A stretch of DNA of 64,000 nucleotides, from positions 128,001 through 192,000 of the forward strand of contig CAVPHD010000012.1 in NCBI GenBank assembly GCA_963704165.1. Reading direction: 5' to 3'. Both the position numbers and the translations under genes were made by a program. Source of the DNA: an uncultured delta proteobacterium (GTDB lineage Bacteria > Myxococcota_A > UBA9160 > SZUA-336). Below the pieces are notes generated by a model. It saw nothing but the letters and a program-made list of their open reading frames with translations, searched no databases and was not told the origin of the DNA. Position 1 is the first letter of the stretch. Each line of letters opens with the position of its first letter. This document shows positions 21,280 through 30,883 of the stretch, piece by piece.

Positions 21280-22089
21280 ATGCCCGTCATCCCCGCACCC
21301 GCGGCCACCGTGATCCTGCTGCGCGACACCCGCCCGGGACTCGAGGTGCTGATGCTCGCGCGGCATTCCCGGAGCGAGTTCCTGCCGGATGCCTACGTCT
21401 TTCCGGGCGGGCGGGTCGAGGATTCCGATCACGATCTCGTCGAACGGGTCGCCGGCCTGTCGCGTACCGAGGCCGGTGCGCGGCTCGCGACGGTTCCCGC
21501 CGAACAGGCGCTCGGTTTCTTCGTCGCGGGCGTGCGCGAGACCTACGAGGAATCGGGCATCCTGCTCGCGCGAAGGCGCGGAAGCTCGGAGCTCCTCGAT
21601 GCCGCGAGTGCCGCGTCTCTCTCGCGTCTCCGACTCGACGTGCAGCGGGGCGATGTGTCATTCCGCGACCTGGTTCTCGGAGAGGATCTCGTGCTGGCCG
21701 CCGAACTGCTCTCGGTGCACGGACACTGGGTGACTCCCGAAGACTCGCCGCGGCGCTTCGACACGGTCTTCTTCGCGGCGCAGACACCGCCGGGCCAGAT
21801 GGCCGCTCACGACGGAGTCGAGCTGACCGACCACGTCTGGCTGTCACCCGAGCAGGCGCTCAGCGACTATCGCGCGGGCCGACGGCAGATGATCATTCCG
21901 ACCTGGGCGAACCTCGAAACGCTCGCCGGTTTCTCCACCGCGGAGGCCGCGCTCGAGGTCTCGCGACGAAGGCCGATCGTTCCGATCCTGCCGATCGTGG
22001 TCGAACGCGACGGTCAGCGCCGGATCGTGATTCCCGAAGACGCCGGCTATCCGACGACGGAAGAGAGGGTCGGGCAATTGCCGCGCTAG
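21280..22089 (+). CDS. NUDIX hydrolase (Nudt19-like CoA diphosphatase type)
   Basis: AATVILLRD, YVFPGGRVE, VRETYEESG and HWVTP..RRFDTVFF motifs. Confidence 0.88.
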   Translation: MPVIPAPAATVILLRDTRPGLEVLMLARHSRSEFLPDAYVFPGGRVEDSDHDLVERVAGLSRTEAGARLATVPAEQALGFFVAGVRETYEESGILLARRRGSSELLDAASAASLSRLRLDVQRGDVSFRDLVLGEDLVLAAELLSVHGHWVTPEDSPRRFDTVFFAAQTPPGQMAAHDGVELTDHVWLSPEQALSDYRAGRRQMIIPTWANLETLAGFSTAEAALEVSRRRPIVPILPIVVERDGQRRIVIPEDAGYPTTEERVGQLPR

Positions 22090-22133
22090 ACGCTTGCGCG
22101 GGCCGACTGGCGTCGTCAGAGTAGGCCGCGTTG

Positions 22134-23114
22134 ATGCGTGCCATCGTCGTTCTCGGAGGATACGGTCAGCTCGGACGCCTCTGCGTCCACGAGCTGGCCG
22201 CCCGGACCCGCGCGCCACTGATCGTGGCGGGTCGGAGCCTGCAACGAGCGGAGTCGCTCGCGCTCTCCGTCGGTGAGCGCGCTCGCGGCCTCTACGCGAA
22301 TGCAGACGATCCGCGCACGCTCGCGCGAGCGCTCGAGGGTGCCGGGCTTCTCGTCTCGTGCTGTGGAGGGAATCAGAGCGGAGCTCTGCAAGTCGCACTC
22401 GAGCTGCGAGTTCCCTTCATCGGCCTGTCACCGGTGCGGATCGAGGCGCGAAGCCGCGCGCTCGTCGCGGAGCAGGCCTGGCGCGCACAGATCCCCGTCG
22501 TGCTCTCGGCGGGCGCGCTGCCCGGGCTACCCGGAATACTCGCGGAGCTCTTGGTTCGAACGCTTCCGGCGATTCACCGGCTTCGGATCGCCTCGACCGG
22601 CGCCTTTGGCGACACCGAAACCGCGCGGCGCGACACACGGCAACTGCCGACCGCTGCGGGAGAGAGCGCGGGGGCGCTGCGCCGACGCATACCCGAGCTC
22701 TGGCGCTTTTCCGATCCCATCGGCATGCGTCCGCTCGTGCCCTCGTCGTGCGCCGATCTCGATGGATTCGCCGAGAGCCACTGCGTCGAGTCCGTCACCT
22801 ATCTCGAACCGCCCCGGGGCATGATCGGCCGGTCGATCGGCAGGCTGGTCTCGCGCCGAGCCGACTCCGGCTTCGCTCTCGCGGCCGCGGCAACCTGCGA
22901 TTCCGATCCAGCCGCGGCGGCCACGGCCTCGATCGAACTCTACGCGCCGAACGTCCTGATCCCCGCGGCGGCCATCGCCACCGCGCTCGGCGTCGCGATC
23001 CTCGAGGGGCGCGTGCCCGCGGGACTCTCGACCCCGCGCGAGATCCTGCACCCGGCCCTGGCCTTGGGTGAGCTCGAGAAGCGCGGGGTCCGCGTCAGCG
23101 CAGCTTCGCGTTGA
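22134..23114 (+). CDS. Saccharopine dehydrogenase-like NAD(P)-binding protein
   Basis: VLGGYGQLG Rossmann motif, IVAGRS, AGALPGL. Confidence 0.7.
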   Translation: MRAIVVLGGYGQLGRLCVHELAARTRAPLIVAGRSLQRAESLALSVGERARGLYANADDPRTLARALEGAGLLVSCCGGNQSGALQVALELRVPFIGLSPVRIEARSRALVAEQAWRAQIPVVLSAGALPGLPGILAELLVRTLPAIHRLRIASTGAFGDTETARRDTRQLPTAAGESAGALRRRIPELWRFSDPIGMRPLVPSSCADLDGFAESHCVESVTYLEPPRGMIGRSIGRLVSRRADSGFALAAAATCDSDPAAAATASIELYAPNVLIPAAAIATALGVAILEGRVPAGLSTPREILHPALALGELEKRGVRVSAASR

Positions 23115-23976
23115 GGTAGTCGCGCAGCGGACGCATCCCGCTGGTCCGGATGCCGAAGCGATCCAGCTCTCGCTGCATCGACCCGTCGCTGTAGATGCGG
23201 TGTTCTTCGTCGCGCTGGCGCCAGTCGTGGGTGATCGACTCGAGCTCGGGACCACCCTCTGCGCAGTGCGTGATCAGGTAGGACAGTCCGGGGCCCAGGC
23301 GTTCGACGCGCGCAATGTTGTGCGCGAGGCCCTTGCCGGGCGTGAAGGACAGCGAATCCGCCTCGAAGTGGTCGAAGATCGGAAAGCCCGCCGCCTCGGC
23401 CGCGTCGATTCTCCGCTCGAAGTCGGCCAGACGGCTGCCCAGGTCGAGGACCCGCGCCTCCCGGCGCTGCAGGCGCGGAATGAAGGCCGGGAGCTTGAAC
23501 TCGTGCGCGAGGCGGAAGTAGACGTCGACGAACTTCAGGTCGAAGACCGTGCCCATGTGCGCGTCGATGTGCGTGACGTCGATTCCGGCGTCGAGCGCGC
23601 GGTGGATCTGCGCGCGCAGCTCCCGATCGACCTCCTCGACGATGCCGTGCTCGACCGTCTCGCGCACCGTGCGCCACATGCCACCGTCGGGCGCGACCAG
23701 GCTCGGCACGTCGCTTCGGACCGGCGCCCAGCGGTGCCCCTCGTATTCACAGTTCAGTGTCAGGTGGACGCCGAGATCGAGATCCGGCCGCTCGCGCGCG
23801 ATCCGGGTCATGTCGGAGAAGCCGGGACACGGCACCATGATGCTTCCGCAGGTCGCCGATCCGTCGAGCGCACGAACGCCGCCCACGTTGGCGGCGAGCG
23901 ACATGGCCAGGTCGTCCACGTGCACGACCACCACTCGTTCGTCCGGGGCGTAGCCGAGCTCGGCGAGTAACGACAA
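23095..23976 (-). CDS. ChbG/HpnK (YdjC-like) carbohydrate deacetylase
   Basis: VHVDDLAM, LGVHLTLNCE and THIDAHMG motifs; TTG start after AAGGAGG. Confidence 0.82.
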   Translation of the reverse strand: MSLLAELGYAPDERVVVVHVDDLAMSLAANVGGVRALDGSATCGSIMVPCPGFSDMTRIARERPDLDLGVHLTLNCEYEGHRWAPVRSDVPSLVAPDGGMWRTVRETVEHGIVEEVDRELRAQIHRALDAGIDVTHIDAHMGTVFDLKFVDVYFRLAHEFKLPAFIPRLQRREARVLDLGSRLADFERRIDAAEAAGFPIFDHFEADSLSFTPGKGLAHNIARVERLGPGLSYLITHCAEGGPELESITHDWRQRDEEHRIYSDGSMQRELDRFGIRTSGMRPLRDYLNAKLR

Positions 23977-24034
23977 CGTCCGCCTCCTTGGGCCGGCCAG
24001 CATAGCGGCCGACGGAGATGAGAACATCATCCGC

Positions 24035-24910
24035 ATGGAGCCGGAACGCTCGTTCGAGATCGGTCCGGGCGACGCGGGCCGCCGCCTCGACGTCGTCGTG
24101 GCGCGCGTTCTCGGGCTCTCGCGCGGGTGGGTGCGCAAGCTGCTCGAATCCGAGCGGGTGCGGCTCGACGGCCGGCCGGCGACGAAGGGCGCGATCCTGC
24201 GCGCGGGTGACCGCATCGACGTGCTCGAGTTCGCGCGTCCCGACGCCGGCCCGATCGCAAACGCCGAACTCGCGGTGACGGTCGTTCGCGAGACGGCGGA
24301 CCTGGTCGCGATCGACAAACCGCCGGGCCTCGCCGTGCACCCGCTCGATCCGGACGAGACCCACACCGCGCTGAACGCGCTGGTCGCGCGCCACCCGGAG
24401 ATGGTCGGCGTGGGCGAGGGGGGCCTGCGCTCGGGCGTGGTCCACCGCCTCGATCCGGGCACGTCGGGCGTGCTCGTCTTCGCGAAGCACGAGCGCGCCT
24501 GGGTCGAAGCGCGTCGGGCCTTCACCGAGAGGCGCGTTTCGAAACGCTACGTCGCGCGAGTGCACGGCGCGTTCGCGGGCAAGCGCGACATCGAGCTCAG
24601 GCTCGAGAATCGCGGCACGCACGTTCGCGTCGTCGCGCACGGCGGGCGGCTGGCCTCGTCGCACATCCGTGCTCTCGAGACCGGGTCGGAGACGAGCCTC
24701 GTCGAGATCGCGATGCACACCGGTGTCCGGCACCAGATCCGCGCCAGCCTGGCCGAGCTCGGCCATCCGGTCGTCGGCGATCGGCTCTACGGCTCGAGCG
24801 CCGAGCTCGACCGGCACTGGCTGCACGCGGTCGCCGTCGCCTGGGACGATTTCGCGGCCGAAGCCGCGCCGCCGAGAGAGCTCAGACCCGCTCGAACCGC
24901 CGCAGTGTGA
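24035..24910 (+). CDS. RluA/RluD-family pseudouridine synthase with S4 domain
   Basis: IDKPPGLAVHP, VHRLDPGTSG, TGVRHQIR and GHPVVGDRLY motifs. Confidence 0.92.
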   Translation: MEPERSFEIGPGDAGRRLDVVVARVLGLSRGWVRKLLESERVRLDGRPATKGAILRAGDRIDVLEFARPDAGPIANAELAVTVVRETADLVAIDKPPGLAVHPLDPDETHTALNALVARHPEMVGVGEGGLRSGVVHRLDPGTSGVLVFAKHERAWVEARRAFTERRVSKRYVARVHGAFAGKRDIELRLENRGTHVRVVAHGGRLASSHIRALETGSETSLVEIAMHTGVRHQIRASLAELGHPVVGDRLYGSSAELDRHWLHAVAVAWDDFAAEAAPPRELRPARTAAV

Positions 24911-25559
24911 GCAACACCGCTCGCGCGATCACGAGCACGAGCGCCGCGCCGAGCACCGGCGTGAGCAGGTGGCCGATCGTCTGGTGGAGCTCGTCCGGGT
25001 AGGCGCAGCCGAGAATTCCCGGCTGCGTGAGCCCCCCGAGCGGCGCCGCGGCGCCGACCGCGATCGCGACGGCCAGCTGGCGCGGCACCGCGCGCGAAGC
25101 GAAGCGCGCGAAGAGCAGCGCCGGGAGTACCGCGGGCAGGACCGCGTGGAGCGAACACGTGACGGTCGCAGCGAGCCAGCCGGGCGCGAGCGACGCCGCA
25201 CCAGGCCAGCCGGCGATCCGCACGGCGGCGATCCCTGCCAGCGCGGCGAGTGCGAGCGCGAGCGCGATCACACCCGACCGGGCGAGTCGCTCGCGTCCGG
25301 GCACACAGACGCCGAGCGCAAACACGAGCGCACCCGAGAACAGCAGCGCGTGCACCGCGATCGTCCACGCATCGAGGCCGCCGAAGTCGGGCTTCGGCCA
25401 CGGCGCCGGGCCGATCCACGCGAAGACGATCTGCGCCGCGACGAGCGCGAACGTCAAGCCCGCGATGCTCGCGGCGACGCGGCCCAGACGCGGCAGTCGC
25501 CGGACCGGCTGCAACTCCCGGGTGAGACTCCGGATCAGCACCTCGGTGCGCTCAGGCAT
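24882..25559 (-). CDS. NrsF/DUF1109-like membrane anti-sigma factor
   Basis: Multi-TM protein directly downstream of an ECF sigma; TEVLIRSL..L.PVRRL start and Cys/His near the C-terminus. Confidence 0.7.
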   Translation of the reverse strand: MPERTEVLIRSLTRELQPVRRLPRLGRVAASIAGLTFALVAAQIVFAWIGPAPWPKPDFGGLDAWTIAVHALLFSGALVFALGVCVPGRERLARSGVIALALALAALAGIAAVRIAGWPGAASLAPGWLAATVTCSLHAVLPAVLPALLFARFASRAVPRQLAVAIAVGAAAPLGGLTQPGILGCAYPDELHQTIGHLLTPVLGAALVLVIARAVLLTLRRFERV

Positions 25560-26130
25560 CGCGCTCGCGACCTCCGAGCAACCCACGCAGGGCCTTGTAG
25601 CCGCGATGGGCTCGCACCTTGAGCGCGCTCACCGTCACCCCGACGCGTTCCGCCGCCTCGGCCACGGAGAGCTCGCGCACGTGGATCAGCAGGACGGCCT
25701 CGCGTTGGGAGGCGGGAAGCTCGGCGAGCGCGCGCTCCATCCGCTCCGAAAGCGGAGCCTCCATTCGCGATGGCTCGCGCTCGTCGGCGAGCAGGTCGGC
25801 GTCGGGCAGGGCCGCCTCGCGCTCGGCTTGCTTGCCGCGCGCGCGAAACGCGTCGACGACCGCGTTGCGCGCGATCGTGCGGAGCCACGGGCCGAAGGGC
25901 CGGCTCGGCTCGTACGTATGGCGGGCACGGTGGAGAGAGAGCAGCACGTTCTGAACCACGTCCTCCGTCGCGGAGGCATCGCGAAGCCGCAGATCGACGA
26001 ACACGCGCAGCGCAGGAACGATCTCGTTCAGCAGCGCCGCATAGGCCGCCGCATCCCCATCCTGGGCGGCGGCCATCCAGCGGCCCCAAGCGACTTCCCG
26101 ACGGGCGGCGCCGTCGCGTCGTCCACTCAT
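25552..26130 (-). CDS. ECF sigma-70 factor (SigF/NrsF-paired type)
   Basis: AAQDGDAAAYAALL, EDVVQ, HTYEPSRPFGPWL and SALKVRAHRG motifs. Confidence 0.9.
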   Translation of the reverse strand: MSGRRDGAARREVAWGRWMAAAQDGDAAAYAALLNEIVPALRVFVDLRLRDASATEDVVQNVLLSLHRARHTYEPSRPFGPWLRTIARNAVVDAFRARGKQAEREAALPDADLLADEREPSRMEAPLSERMERALAELPASQREAVLLIHVRELSVAEAAERVGVTVSALKVRAHRGYKALRGLLGGRERDA

Positions 26131-26186
26131 ACGGTCCCCGAACCCACCTGGTTACCGCGTTCCGTCGACGCGATGCGGGTGCGCAC

Positions 26187-27161
26187 TCACGGGGTGATGA
26201 TCACCTTGCCGTAGCTGCCGCGGGAGCCGAGCGCCTCGAGGGCCTTGGGAACCTCGTCGAGGGAGTAGGTGCCGAAGATCAGCGGCCGCACGTGGCCCGT
26301 CCCGTACAGCTTCGCGAGGTCGGCAAAGATCTCCGGGATCCGCTCGGGCTGGTGGATCGCGTACGCCCCCCAGTGCAGTCCGACGACGGCGATGTTCTTG
26401 AGCAGGATCCGGTTGGTCTTGACCTCGGGGATCGTTCCGCCGGCGAAGCCGATCACGAGCAGTCGGCCGTTCCAGGCGATGCACTTCATCGAGCCCTCGA
26501 AGATCTCGCCTCCGACGGGATCGTAGATCACGTCGGCGCCCTTTCCGGCGGTCGCCTCCTTCACCGCCTCGACCCAATTGCCGACCGAGTAGTCGATCGC
26601 GAGATCCGCGCCCGCGCGCCTTGCGACATCGAGCTTGTCGGCGCTGCCGGCCGTCGCGATCACGCGCGCGCCGAGCGCCTTGCCGATCTGCACCGCTGCG
26701 ACGCCGACACCGCCGGCCGCGGCGTGCACGAGCAGGGTTTCGCCCGCGCGCAGGTTCGCCCGATCGACGAGCGCGGCGTACGAGGTCGGGTAGACGACCG
26801 GAAACGCCGCAGCCTCGGGAAAGCTCATCGCGTCCGGCATCGCGTGCAGCGACGCCACCGGCAACGCGACGCGCTCGGCGAATGCTCCGAGCGCCAGCCC
26901 CGCGAAGACGCGATCCCCGATCGCGACTCCGCTCACGTCCGGACCGAGCTCTCGAACCACGCCGGCGACCTCGGCCCCTGGCGTGAAGGGGAACGCCGGC
27001 TTCATCTGGTATCTGCCCTGCACGAGCAGGATGTCGAAGAAGTTGCAGCCGGCGGCTTCGACGTCGATCACGACCTGGTTCGCGCGCGGCACCGGATCGG
27101 GCAGCTCGCGAACGACGAGATCCTTCGGCTCCGTCCAGCGATCGACGACGACGGCTCGCAT
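26187..27161 (-). CDS. NADPH:quinone oxidoreductase (MDR/zeta-crystallin family)
   Basis: PFTPGAEVAG, VHAAAGGVG and YDPVGG motifs. Confidence 0.92.
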   Translation of the reverse strand: MRAVVVDRWTEPKDLVVRELPDPVPRANQVVIDVEAAGCNFFDILLVQGRYQMKPAFPFTPGAEVAGVVRELGPDVSGVAIGDRVFAGLALGAFAERVALPVASLHAMPDAMSFPEAAAFPVVYPTSYAALVDRANLRAGETLLVHAAAGGVGVAAVQIGKALGARVIATAGSADKLDVARRAGADLAIDYSVGNWVEAVKEATAGKGADVIYDPVGGEIFEGSMKCIAWNGRLLVIGFAGGTIPEVKTNRILLKNIAVVGLHWGAYAIHQPERIPEIFADLAKLYGTGHVRPLIFGTYSLDEVPKALEALGSRGSYGKVIITP

Positions 27162-27230
27162 GCTCTCCTCCCGGGGGCCGCTCGCGCGGCTCGCCGAGTC
27201 TAACACCGCGACGCTGCGCTTAAATGCGAA

Positions 27231-27281
27231 CGCCGGCCGGGTCGATCCGGCCGGCGAGCGTAGTCGGGGCGGAAACCCCGA
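27231..27281 (-). terminator. Tandem GC-rich hairpins downstream of the histone-fold gene (probable terminator/stabiliser)
   Basis: TCGGGG-6nt-CCCCGA (27264-27281) and CGCCGGCCGG-6nt-CCGGCCGGCG (27231-27256), followed by TTCGCATTT on the minus strand. Confidence 0.55.
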
Positions 27282-27491
27282 TCAGACGTCCTGCGGGCGC
27301 AGCGTCTTGCGACCGTTGGCTCCGGCGCGGGCTTCGGCCTGCGCGATCACCGATCGCACGTGAGCCTCGAGCGCACCGTAGAACTCGCTTCCGACGTTGC
27401 ACTTCTTCGCCGCCGCCTTGACGCGCGACTTCGAGATGATCATCGAATCGCCGCCCTTCTTCGCGGCGCCCGCCTTCTTCTTCGCTGCCAT
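27282..27491 (-). CDS. Bacterial histone-fold protein (alpha3-truncated, face-to-face/DUF1931-like) with Lys-rich N-terminal tail
   Basis: MAAKKKAGAAKKGGDS-MIISKSRVKAAAKKCNVGSEFYGALEAHVRSVIAQAEARAGANGRKTLRPQDV; helix pattern and terminal RKTxxxxD histone-fold motif; RBS GGGGAG. Confidence 0.85.
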   Translation of the reverse strand: MAAKKKAGAAKKGGDSMIISKSRVKAAAKKCNVGSEFYGALEAHVRSVIAQAEARAGANGRKTLRPQDV

Positions 27492-27630
27492 TTCAAGCTC
27501 CCCGTTTTCGCGACCGCCGATCGTGCGCGAGCGCGGATTCGTGTCTGGGCCGAACATTCGGCACAGGGCGCAAATAGCACGCGGCCTTTCGAAAGCAAGG
27601 GGATTGCGGGTTTCCGGCTAGACTCCGGAA

Positions 27631-28440
27631 GTGCGATCGATTCGGTGGACGACGATTCTGTTCTCGATCTTCGCGTTCGTCGCGGCGTCGGCGCATGCGC
27701 GCGATGGCGGCGTGGACGGAAACTGGAGCAAGCGTCGCTCGAGCCACTTCGAGCTCTTCCAGGACGTCGCGCTCGAACGCTACTCGGGGCGAGATGGCTC
27801 GCGCGCCTTCGAGATCTCCCTGCTCGCCGCGCTCGAGTCGGCGCACGATCGCGTCCGCGACGGCATCGGCGTCGAGCCGCGCGCCCGTGTGCGCGTCTTC
27901 GTCTACGACCCGGACGTCTTCGACGCCTCGTATTCGGCGCGCTTCGGTTTTCGCGCGGCGGGTTTCTGGGACGGTGCGATCCACGTGCGCGGCGGAACGG
28001 CCGTCGACGCGAGGATCGTCGGAACGCTCGTTCACGAATACGTGCACGCCGCGCTCGCATCCCTGGCTCCCGCTGGAATCTGGCCGGCGTGGTTGAACGA
28101 AGGGCTCGCCGAGCACTTCGAACGCGAGGCTCTCGGCATCGTTCGACTCGGCGCGCACGAACGTGCGGAGATCCGAGCTGCGATCGCGCGCGGGCGCTGG
28201 CTTCCGCTCGAAGCTCTCGGTGGTCCCTCGTTCGCCGGGCTCGACGAGTCGTCGGCGCGGATCGCCTATCTCGAGTCCTACGCGTGTGTCGAAATGATTC
28301 TGCGCCGCTACGGCCGCGAACGGATCGAACGGCTCGTCGAAGAGCACGCGAAGGCCCGCCGGATCGAGCGCGCACTCCAGCGCGCGTTGCGCACCGACCT
28401 CGCGAAGCTCGAGGCGCAGCTCCTCGCCGAGCTCGACTGA
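27631..28440 (+). CDS. Secreted peptidase MA-like (gluzincin) protein
   Basis: Signal peptide; HEYVH...WLNEGLAE zinc-binding motif. Confidence 0.8.
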   Translation: MRSIRWTTILFSIFAFVAASAHARDGGVDGNWSKRRSSHFELFQDVALERYSGRDGSRAFEISLLAALESAHDRVRDGIGVEPRARVRVFVYDPDVFDASYSARFGFRAAGFWDGAIHVRGGTAVDARIVGTLVHEYVHAALASLAPAGIWPAWLNEGLAEHFEREALGIVRLGAHERAEIRAAIARGRWLPLEALGGPSFAGLDESSARIAYLESYACVEMILRRYGRERIERLVEEHAKARRIERALQRALRTDLAKLEAQLLAELD

Positions 28441-28461
28441 CGCAGCGTCGACCGCGCCGGA

Positions 28462-28611
28462 CTACTGAAGCGTGTAGACGAAGTTCCCTTCGGAGCCGAG
28501 GCTCGCGATCACGAGCAGTGCGAAGAAGGCGAAGACGATGATCAAGGGAAGCAACCAGAACTTCTTGCGTGCCTTGAGGAACTCCCAGACACCCGCTTCC
28601 GTGCTCCGCAT
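28462..28611 (-). CDS. DUF5989 (SxtK-like) small membrane protein
   Basis: WEFLKARKKFWLLPLIIV...FVYTL signature, 49 aa. Confidence 0.75.
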   Translation of the reverse strand: MRSTEAGVWEFLKARKKFWLLPLIIVFAFFALLVIASLGSEGNFVYTLQ

Positions 28612-28652
28612 TCGCGATCTCCCGAAGTGCCGCGGATCGTAGCTCCGCGCCG

Positions 28653-29927
28653 TCAGATGTGAAGGTCCTCCTTCACGAGCGCCTCGGGTCCCCGCAGGAA
28701 TCTCTCGCCCGCGAGCGCCGAGAGGTCGAGCGTGCGGAAGGCGCCGTCGCAGACGAGCTCGGCAACGCCGCGCCCGACCGCCCAGGACTGCATCACTCCA
28801 CGGCCCGTGAAGCTGTGTGCCTCGAGCGCGTTCGAGAAGCCGGGAAGTCGCCCGAGCACGCCGCTGCAGTCGGGCGTCACCGAGTAGAGCCCCGACCAAC
28901 CGCGCACGTGGTGACAGCGCTCGAAGGCCGAGGCGCGGTGCGCGAGCCTCGGCCACACCTCTCGTTCGAAGTACGCGTCCCCGTCGTAACGGAAGTCGTA
29001 TCCGGCGGGCTCGTCGGGGTTCGAGAAGCCCGCGAGCGTGTACGTTCCCTCCGGGTGGAAGTAGAGACCCGAGGCGTCGACGATCATGCCGGCGTCGTGG
29101 AGATCGACCCCCGGCGGGAGATCGCGCGCCCGCACGTCGACCATCGCGATCTGACGCCGCACCGGCACGGCCCAGTCGCGGACTCCGAGCCTGGCCGAGA
29201 GCAGCGGGCTCCAGGCGCCGAGCGCGTTCACGAAGATCTCGGGCCGAAGCGACGGGTGGTCGACGCTCGACTCGGGTGGAACACGGTGCTGTGTCAGAAT
29301 GCGGTGCACGAGTCCGCTCTCGTCGGCCGGATCGCCCTTCTCCACCTCGACGACGTGTACGCGCGCGATCCGACGCTGGCCGGGCTCGCGTTCGCCCACC
29401 TCGACCGCCTCGACGTAGTGACGGTTCAGGAATCGTGCGCCGCCTGCGGTGGCCCGCTCGCGGTACAGGCGCCGCACCGCGTTGGGGTTGACCAGACCGT
29501 CTCGCGGCGAGAAGGTCGCACCGACGATCTCATGCAGGTTGCGGTCGAGCAGGGGGAAGCGCCGCGAGATCTCGGGCAGGTCGAGCAGATCCACGCTCAC
29601 GCCGAGACGCTTCTGGAACTCGCTCCGCTCCCGCGCGCGCGCGAATCGCTCGACGTCGTCGTAGAGCCACAGGTAGCCGCGCTGTCGCAGCGAGACCTCG
29701 GCCGCATTCGCCTCGAAGAACGCGATCGTGTCCCGGCAGGACGCGACGTTCGGCTCCTGCCACCAGGTCGCGCGTGCCCCGCCTGCGTTCAGCTCCGAAG
29801 ACGCGTACAGACCCGCGAGGTCGAGATCGACCACACAGACGTCGCTCACCCCGCGTTCGACGAGCGCGCAGGCGATCGCCGAGCCGATGATTCCACCGCC
29901 CGCGATGAGCACTCCGACACGTTCCAC
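28653..29927 (-). CDS. FAD-dependent oxidoreductase (DAO / sarcosine oxidase beta / FOXRED1-like)
   Basis: IAGGGIIGS, WSGLYSVTPD and FTGRGVMQ motifs. Confidence 0.88.
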   Translation of the reverse strand: MERVGVLIAGGGIIGSAIACALVERGVSDVCVVDLDLAGLYASSELNAGGARATWWQEPNVASCRDTIAFFEANAAEVSLRQRGYLWLYDDVERFARARERSEFQKRLGVSVDLLDLPEISRRFPLLDRNLHEIVGATFSPRDGLVNPNAVRRLYRERATAGGARFLNRHYVEAVEVGEREPGQRRIARVHVVEVEKGDPADESGLVHRILTQHRVPPESSVDHPSLRPEIFVNALGAWSPLLSARLGVRDWAVPVRRQIAMVDVRARDLPPGVDLHDAGMIVDASGLYFHPEGTYTLAGFSNPDEPAGYDFRYDGDAYFEREVWPRLAHRASAFERCHHVRGWSGLYSVTPDCSGVLGRLPGFSNALEAHSFTGRGVMQSWAVGRGVAELVCDGAFRTLDLSALAGERFLRGPEALVKEDLHI

Positions 29928-30008
29928 GTTCTGCCTCCGGGGAAGACGATGGGAGTCGTTCGAGAGGGATCGATCCGAAGCGTAGGGGCTACAATGACGC
30001 CGCGAAAG

Positions 30009-30476
30009 ATGGAGTCATCGAACGCGCCGACCGGTGGGAGTGAGGGCGAGCTCGCGGCGCGTCCGGCCCGGCGCGTATTCGTCGAGAATCACGAGATCCC
30101 GTGGCTCGTGATCGGGACGGCGCGCGGCGATGCGGCCGCCTGCCGCCGCGTGCTCGGCGCGCGGCGCGGCGGGCGAGTCGGATTCGTTCTTGCGCTCACG
30201 GGACTCGCGCTGGCGGCTCCGAACCTGCGTGCGGCCTTCGTGTCGGCTCTCGTCCACGTCGTTCTGGCCCTGCTCGTCGGGATCGGAGCGCGAAGGCGAG
30301 GCGGGCAGACTACTCGAGAGGTGCAGCGGCTCGCGCTCTGGACCGTGCTGACACCACTTGGCGTCGCTGCGCTCGCGCGGCTCGCGGGATTCGGCTCGCT
30401 TCGGCTCTGCCTCGCCGCCGCGATCGTCGGTCAGATCCTGCTCGTCCGCGCGCTCCGCGTGACTCGCTCGGCCTGA
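30009..30476 (+). CDS. Hypothetical membrane protein
   Basis: About four hydrophobic segments in the 3' part of the 28659-30476 frame; start uncertain (29994 or 30009). Confidence 0.5.
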   Translation: MESSNAPTGGSEGELAARPARRVFVENHEIPWLVIGTARGDAAACRRVLGARRGGRVGFVLALTGLALAAPNLRAAFVSALVHVVLALLVGIGARRRGGQTTREVQRLALWTVLTPLGVAALARLAGFGSLRLCLAAAIVGQILLVRALRVTRSA

Positions 30477-30480
30477 TCGA

Positions 30481-30813
30481 CTACTTCGAAGCGGGCGCGG
30501 CGGGCACTTCCTCGAGCTCCTCGGGAAGCACGCCGTCGGGAACGCCCGAGGGGCGCACGGACGGATCCGGGTGCCATTGACCCTCGAGCGGGTAGTTGTA
30601 GCCGCTCGTGTTCAAGACGATCGACCTGTTGTCGGGGTTGGCTCGCGGCACCTGCGGCTTCGCGGTCGCGGACCTCTTGATCACGACCGGCGCCGGACAC
30701 TGGCTCTGCGCCGCGGCACCGTCCGCACCCGAGTCCGCGTGACCGACGATCGCCACGCCGCCGGTCGTGAAGACCAGCGTCAGGGCGACGAGCGAGAGAC
30801 CGAGCCAACGCAT
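30481..30813 (-). CDS. Small secreted hypothetical protein
   Basis: RBS AGGAGG; signal peptide MRWLGLSLVALTLVF; IVLNTSGYNY motif. Confidence 0.6.
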   Translation of the reverse strand: MRWLGLSLVALTLVFTTGGVAIVGHADSGADGAAAQSQCPAPVVIKRSATAKPQVPRANPDNRSIVLNTSGYNYPLEGQWHPDPSVRPSGVPDGVLPEELEEVPAAPASK

Positions 30814-30883
30814 GCCCTCCTGGATCGGCGAAGTCCGTTTGCGACTTGAGCGCCACGGGCCGCGCGCGTACGTTGCGCGCTCG

